DNA of 32,000 nt from Formosa sp. Hel1_33_131 (lineage in GTDB: Bacteria > Bacteroidota > Bacteroidia > Flavobacteriales > Flavobacteriaceae), in assembly GCF_001735745.1 (NCBI RefSeq), contig NZ_CP017260.1:1440001-1472000 (forward strand), read 5' to 3'. Position 1 is the first letter of the stretch; each line of letters begins with the position of its first letter. This document shows, piece by piece, positions 27,458 through 32,000 of this stretch. The translations under genes were made by a program, and so were the position numbers. Below the pieces are notes generated by a model. The model saw only the letters and a program-made list of their open reading frames with translations. It ran no database searches and had not been told where the DNA came from.

Positions 27458-27808
27458 ATGCAAATACAAGTCGTAAAATCTAAAATTCATCGTGTAAAAG
27501 TAACAGGGGCAGACCTTGATTATATTGGCAGCATTACCATTGATGAAGACTTAATGGATGCCGCAAATATTATTCAAGGCGAAAAAATCCAAGTGGTTAA
27601 CAATAACAACGGCGAACGCCTAGACACCTACGTGATTCCTGGCCCTCGAAACTCAGGTGAAATTACGCTTAATGGTGCTGCGGCACATAAAGTCTCTATA
27701 GGCGATGTCCTGATTTTAATCACCTATGCGTTTATGGATGTGGAAGCCGCTAAAATATTCAAGCCGTCTTTAGTGTTTCCGAATGAAGCCAATAACCTTT
27801 TAAACTAA
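27458..27808 (+). CDS. panD: Aspartate 1-decarboxylase proenzyme
   Basis: [38 protein letters not shown], which contains the G-S self-processing site. Start set at ATG 27458, because the track start at 27449 is TTG. Confidence 0.93.
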   Translation: MQIQVVKSKIHRVKVTGADLDYIGSITIDEDLMDAANIIQGEKIQVVNNNNGERLDTYVIPGPRNSGEITLNGAAAHKVSIGDVLILITYAFMDVEAAKIFKPSLVFPNEANNLLN

Positions 27809-27812
27809 TTTC

Positions 27813-28784
27813 TTGAACGAGAAACTCAAATCAGCTCTTAAAATTAGCCTTCCGCTTTTGCTAGGAGGGGTGTTGGTTTGGTATTCATTGTCTAAAATTT
27901 CGATTCCTGTATTGTTAGGGTATTTTAAAAATGCCGATTATTTCTGGATTGGGCTAGGAGTTTTTTTTGGACTGCTAAGTCATTTATCGCGCGCCTACCG
28001 TTGGAAATTCATCATTGAACCCATGGGTTACACCTTGCGTTTTCCAAACAGTATCATGGCGGTTTTTACAACCTATATTGTAAATTACACCATTCCAAGA
28101 GCTGGCGAAGTTTCACGAGCGACCATTTTAACGAATTATGAAGGCGTTCCTTTTGAGAAAGGATTTGGAACCATCATTGCCGAACGCGTCGCCGATTTAG
28201 CAGTCATGCTTTGTATTATCAGTATAAGTTTAATATTGGAGTTTGATATCATTTACAATTATCTAGTTACCGCGATTGACCCTACCAAACTGATTGTTTT
28301 AGCCCTCGTTGGAATCTTAACACTCGTTCTCGGATATCAGCTTTTTAAAAAATCAAATCATCCTTTTGTTTTAAAAATTAAAACCCTCTTGTCAGGTCTT
28401 GTTGAGGGGATTACAAGCATTTTGAAAATGAAAAAGAAATGGGCCTTTATTTTTCATACACTATTCATTTGGGGCATGTACGTACTAATGTTTTATATCA
28501 CCTCTTTTTCTATCGTCGAAACAAGTCAGCTTCCGTTTTCTGCGATTCTCATTGGTTTTATTTTTGCAAGTTTCAGCATTGCAGCAACCAATGGCGGAAT
28601 TGGGTCCTATCCACTCGCTATTTTTGCAGCCTTCTCTATGTTCAACATTCCTGAAGATTCGAGTATTGCATTTGGATGGGTTATGTGGACTTCACAAACC
28701 GTAATGATCATCGTATTAGGAGGTGCCTCGCTCCTCTTTTTACCGATCTACAACAGACTTTATCCAAAACAAACTTCGGAATAA
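27813..28784 (+). CDS. Lysylphosphatidylglycerol-synthase-like transmembrane-domain protein (UPF0104/MprF flippase-like, stand-alone)
   Basis: About 8 TM segments. SHLSRAYRWKFIIEPMGY motif. The only plausible start is TTG 27813, 4 nt after the panD stop. Confidence 0.7.
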   Translation: MNEKLKSALKISLPLLLGGVLVWYSLSKISIPVLLGYFKNADYFWIGLGVFFGLLSHLSRAYRWKFIIEPMGYTLRFPNSIMAVFTTYIVNYTIPRAGEVSRATILTNYEGVPFEKGFGTIIAERVADLAVMLCIISISLILEFDIIYNYLVTAIDPTKLIVLALVGILTLVLGYQLFKKSNHPFVLKIKTLLSGLVEGITSILKMKKKWAFIFHTLFIWGMYVLMFYITSFSIVETSQLPFSAILIGFIFASFSIAATNGGIGSYPLAIFAAFSMFNIPEDSSIAFGWVMWTSQTVMIIVLGGASLLFLPIYNRLYPKQTSE

Positions 28785-28842
28785 TATATTTCGTTTTCGG
28801 TTATTTTCTTAACTTGGCAACACAAATATTTAACTTGTTTAT

Positions 28843-29988
28843 ATGAAATTTTTTGTCCTCTCAGCCTTCCTATGTTTTAATCTAACCCTAGCTCAGACGG
28901 TTTATGAATCGATGGAATCCGAATCCTTAGGAACCTCACGCGAATTAAAAATACAACTTCCACGGAACTACGAAGAAAACACTGAAAAACACTATCCCTT
29001 AATTGTTGTTTTTGATGGGGACTACCTTTTTGAAGTCGTGGCTGGAAATGTAGATTATTATTCCTATTGGGAAGACATGCCGGAAGCCATTGTGGTAGGG
29101 GTGAATCAAGACGATTCAAGATCAGAAGATTGTAATATTTCAGTAGAAGATTACTCTCCTTCCAAAACAGGAGCTCAATTTTATGATTTTATTGAAAACG
29201 AACTCCTTACTTTTATGAGTGAAAATTACCGCAGTCTCAACTTCCGAGTCGCTGTAGGGCACGGTAAAACGGCAAATTTCATGAATCACTTTTTGTTTAA
29301 TACCCGCCCTATTTTTAATGCGTTTGTTGCTTTGAGTCCGAGCTTGTCTCCTAATATGGAAGAAAATCTCACAAGAAGACTCGGTCTTGAAAGTGATTCC
29401 AAAACGTTTTATTACCTATCGACGGCTGCTTTAGATATCAAGCGAAATAAGAAAGAAATTGAGGCACTTCACACCAAGATTTCTGCTTTAGAAAACAAAA
29501 ACCTCCTCTATGCATTTGACAATTTTGACGACGCAAATCATTATTCACTTGCAGCCCAATCCATTCCAAAAGCGTTACAAAGTATATTTTTAGTATTTCA
29601 ACCGATTAGCAAGGCGGAGTATAAGGAACACATCTTAACTTTAGAGACCTCGCCTGTAGATTATCTCCTTGAAAAATATGATACGATCGAAACCTTATTT
29701 GGTATCGAAAAGCAAATACTCATAAATGATTTTAGAGCCATTGCAGCAGCCATCCAAAAAACAAAACAATTTGATTACTATAAAGACTTAGGGAAAATTG
29801 CTAGAGATCAGCGCCCCAATACGGTTTTAGGAAGCTTCTTTATGGCGCGGTATTTTGAAGAAATTGGGAAGCCAGAAAAAGCAATGGACATCTATAGATC
29901 GGCCTACACTCTTGAAGAGGTTGAAGGCTACACAAAAGATGAAATGCTTGAAAGAGCAGATGAAATTAAACAAGAATTCGGACTCTAA
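28843..29988 (+). CDS. Secreted alpha/beta-hydrolase (putative esterase family) with a helical C-terminal extension
   Basis: Signal peptide ending LTLAQ. KHYPLIVVFDGDYLFEVV...MPEAIVVGV resembles the esterase (PF00756-like) N-terminal pattern. The C-terminal ~120 aa is helix-rich. Confidence 0.65.
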   Translation: MKFFVLSAFLCFNLTLAQTVYESMESESLGTSRELKIQLPRNYEENTEKHYPLIVVFDGDYLFEVVAGNVDYYSYWEDMPEAIVVGVNQDDSRSEDCNISVEDYSPSKTGAQFYDFIENELLTFMSENYRSLNFRVAVGHGKTANFMNHFLFNTRPIFNAFVALSPSLSPNMEENLTRRLGLESDSKTFYYLSTAALDIKRNKKEIEALHTKISALENKNLLYAFDNFDDANHYSLAAQSIPKALQSIFLVFQPISKAEYKEHILTLETSPVDYLLEKYDTIETLFGIEKQILINDFRAIAAAIQKTKQFDYYKDLGKIARDQRPNTVLGSFFMARYFEEIGKPEKAMDIYRSAYTLEEVEGYTKDEMLERADEIKQEFGL

Positions 29989-31349
29989 TGGCTAAAGTAA
30001 AAACCACCTTTTTTTGTCAGAGCTGTGGGGCTCAATCTGCCAAATGGCAAGGACAATGTACCTCCTGTAAATCTTGGAATACGATTGTAGAAGAATTGGT
30101 TCAGAAACCCGATAAAAAAGATTGGAAAACGGGGAATCAAAGCGCCCCAAACCGGGTCTCGAAACCTTTAAAAATCTCTGAAATTGACACTACCAAAACC
30201 GTTCGAATGGATACGGCTGATGGGGAGTTAAATCGCGTTTTAGGAGGCGGGATTGTCCCTGGGTCTCTCACCCTTTTGGGAGGAGAGCCGGGCATAGGAA
30301 AAAGCACACTGATGCTTCAAGTATCTTTAAAACTACCCTATAAAACGCTGTACGTTTCAGGGGAAGAAAGTCAAAAACAAATCAAATTACGTGCAGAACG
30401 CATTCAACCACTGAATGATACTTGCTACATTTTAACCGAAACAAAAACTCAACTTATATTCAAACAAATTGAAGCACTTCAACCCGATGTGGTGATTATT
30501 GATTCGATTCAAACTTTACAAAGTGATTACCTTGAAGCTTCTGCTGGAAGCGTATCTCAAATAAAAGAATGCACAACGGAGCTCATTAAATTTGCAAAAG
30601 AAACAGCAACGCCTGTTATTTTAATAGGACACATCACCAAAGACGGTTCTATTGCAGGACCAAAAATATTAGAGCATATGGTAGATACCGTGCTTCAGTT
30701 TGAAGGCGATAGAAATCATGTGTTTAGAATTTTAAGAGCCCACAAAAACCGTTTTGGATCCACCCACGAATTGGGGATTTATGAAATGCTAGGAACAGGC
30801 TTGCGGGAAGTTACCAATCCCTCAGAAATTCTCATTTCCAAAAAAGACGAAGCCTTATCAGGCAACGCTATTGCGGTTACACTCGAAGGAGTTCGCCCCT
30901 TACTCATTGAAGTTCAAGCACTGGTCAGTACCGCGGTTTATGGAACCCCACAACGCAGTGCAACAGGTTTTAACGCCAAACGTCTCAATATGTTGTTGGC
31001 AGTTTTAGAAAAACGTGCCGGCTTTAGACTCGGCGCAAAAGATGTATTTTTAAATATTACAGGAGGTATTAATGTGGACGATCCCGCGATAGATTTAGCA
31101 GTGGTCGCAGCCATTTTATCGTCTAATGACGATGAGGCCTTGGCCAAGAATTTTTGTTTTGCCGGTGAAGTTGGTTTGTCTGGAGAAATCCGACCTGTTC
31201 AGCGTGTGGACCAACGAATTTTAGAAGCTGAAAAATTAGGCTTTGAAATTATATTTGTTTCAAAACACAATAAAATAGGACTTAAAAACACCGCAATCAA
31301 AGTTCAGCTGCTCACCAAAATCGAGGACCTGGTTCAGATTATAGGCTAG
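29988..31349 (+). CDS. radA: DNA repair protein RadA/Sms
   Basis: Zinc finger FFCQSCGAQSAKWQGQCTSCKSWNT, Walker A GGEPGIGKST, KNRFG, and a Lon-like C-terminus. The ATG overlaps the esterase stop (TAATG). Confidence 0.95.
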   Translation: MAKVKTTFFCQSCGAQSAKWQGQCTSCKSWNTIVEELVQKPDKKDWKTGNQSAPNRVSKPLKISEIDTTKTVRMDTADGELNRVLGGGIVPGSLTLLGGEPGIGKSTLMLQVSLKLPYKTLYVSGEESQKQIKLRAERIQPLNDTCYILTETKTQLIFKQIEALQPDVVIIDSIQTLQSDYLEASAGSVSQIKECTTELIKFAKETATPVILIGHITKDGSIAGPKILEHMVDTVLQFEGDRNHVFRILRAHKNRFGSTHELGIYEMLGTGLREVTNPSEILISKKDEALSGNAIAVTLEGVRPLLIEVQALVSTAVYGTPQRSATGFNAKRLNMLLAVLEKRAGFRLGAKDVFLNITGGINVDDPAIDLAVVAAILSSNDDEALAKNFCFAGEVGLSGEIRPVQRVDQRILEAEKLGFEIIFVSKHNKIGLKNTAIKVQLLTKIEDLVQIIG

Positions 31350-31386
31350 TTGAAACCAAAAAAAGCTGTCAAAAAAAGTTTTTCTT

Positions 31387-31430
31387 TGTCAATCTGAACC
31401 TGCCTACCGTCAGGCAGGGTCAGATTGACA
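31387..31430. terminator. 44-nt imperfect palindrome between convergent radA and the bacilliredoxin gene; bidirectional terminator
   Basis: tgtcaatctga-a-cctgcct / accgtc / aggcagg-g-tcagattgaca, giving 11 + 7 bp with one mismatch. Flanked by A/T runs on both sides. Confidence 0.55.
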
Positions 31431-31476
31431 GATCTTTTACTTTTCTAGACAGACTCTTGTGAAATACCGATTGCGA

Positions 31477-31887
31477 TTAACAGTGCTCGTTATACGCATC
31501 CATTAAGTTTTCTGCAATCAATTCTGCAGGGCGTCCTTCGATATGATGACGCTCAAGCATGTGCACCAATTCACCATCTTTAAACAAGGCCATACAAGGC
31601 GAGCTTGGAGGAAACGGAACCATATGTGCTCTCGCTTTATCAACCGCTTCTTTATCAACGCCTGCAAATACCGTAACGGATTGAACGGGACGTTTGTCAT
31701 TTTCTAAACTCATGATGGCACCTGGGCGCGCGTTGGCAGCTGCACAACCACAAACGGAATTGACTACGATTAAAGTCGTGCCAGATTGTGCTAAAGCAGT
31801 GTCCACAGCTTCGGCGGTATGTAATTCTTCAAAACCTACTTGTGTTAAATGTTCACGCATGGGTTTTACTAATTCTGCTGGATACAT
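31477..31887 (-). CDS. BrxA/BrxB-family bacilliredoxin (YphP/YqiW, DUF1094)
   Basis: LIVVNSVCGCAAANARPGA (CGC redox motif), TVFAGVDKEA, and a C-terminal HC. Collinear with my recollection of Bacillus YphP. Confidence 0.85.
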   Translation of the reverse strand: MYPAELVKPMREHLTQVGFEELHTAEAVDTALAQSGTTLIVVNSVCGCAAANARPGAIMSLENDKRPVQSVTVFAGVDKEAVDKARAHMVPFPPSSPCMALFKDGELVHMLERHHIEGRPAELIAENLMDAYNEHC

Positions 31888-31911
31888 GTGTATTTATTTT
31901 TAATTAAGGTA

Positions 31912-31919
31912 CAAAGATA
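31912..31919 (-). promoter_or_regulatory. Candidate -7 box TATCTTTG for the bacilliredoxin gene
   Basis: Plus-strand caaagata is the reverse complement of TAnnTTTG. 24 nt upstream of ATG 31887. Confidence 0.35.
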
Positions 31920-32000
31920 CACATTTGTCGGGCAATTAGATTCATTTTTAAGAATGTCAAATGTTAAATTGACTATAAATTAGTTCAGAAATCTCAGCGG

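Overview
This is an AT-rich Bacteroidota chromosome segment, most likely class Flavobacteriia. Supporting signs: TAnnTTTG -7 promoter boxes in most intergenic gaps, no Shine-Dalgarno sequences, a CarboxypepD_reg-type TonB receptor, a DUF4270-like lipoprotein, a stand-alone atpD-atpC pair with a short epsilon, and a fused hemC-hemD. I call 31 protein-coding genes, one of them partial at the left edge. I found no rRNA, tRNA, CRISPR array, transposase or integrase. Left to right: (1) an outer-membrane beta-barrel and a Big_2+DM13 lipoprotein. (2) A divergent heme locus: hemB-hemF-hemE-hemC/D-hemA on the minus strand facing araC-hemH-MATE-hemJ on the plus strand. (3) An orphan histidine kinase overlapping an enoyl-CoA hydratase. 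(4) A small RelE/Gp49-type toxin plus XRE antitoxin module whose toxin is visibly damaged. (5) atpC-atpD. (6) A TonB-dependent receptor with an SGNH-fold lipoprotein. (7) A very AT-rich islet encoding a small membrane protein and a YozG-like XRE regulator behind a perfect 17-bp inverted repeat. (8) glmS, a DUF4270-like lipoprotein and a half-size glycogen-synthase-like gene. (9) panC-panD, an MprF-like TM protein, an esterase and radA. (10) A bacilliredoxin. Overall this is mostly conserved housekeeping DNA, and I see no clear multi-gene defence or mobile island. The best candidates for undescribed biology are: the DM13 lipoprotein/beta-barrel pair appended to the heme genes; the MATE exporter wedged between hemH and hemJ under an AraC regulator with a leader uORF; the TonB receptor/SGNH-lipoprotein pair; the AT-rich membrane-protein/XRE islet with its operator-like palindrome; and the decaying toxin gene. 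All product calls come from reading the translated ORFs against remembered family motifs. No database search was run.
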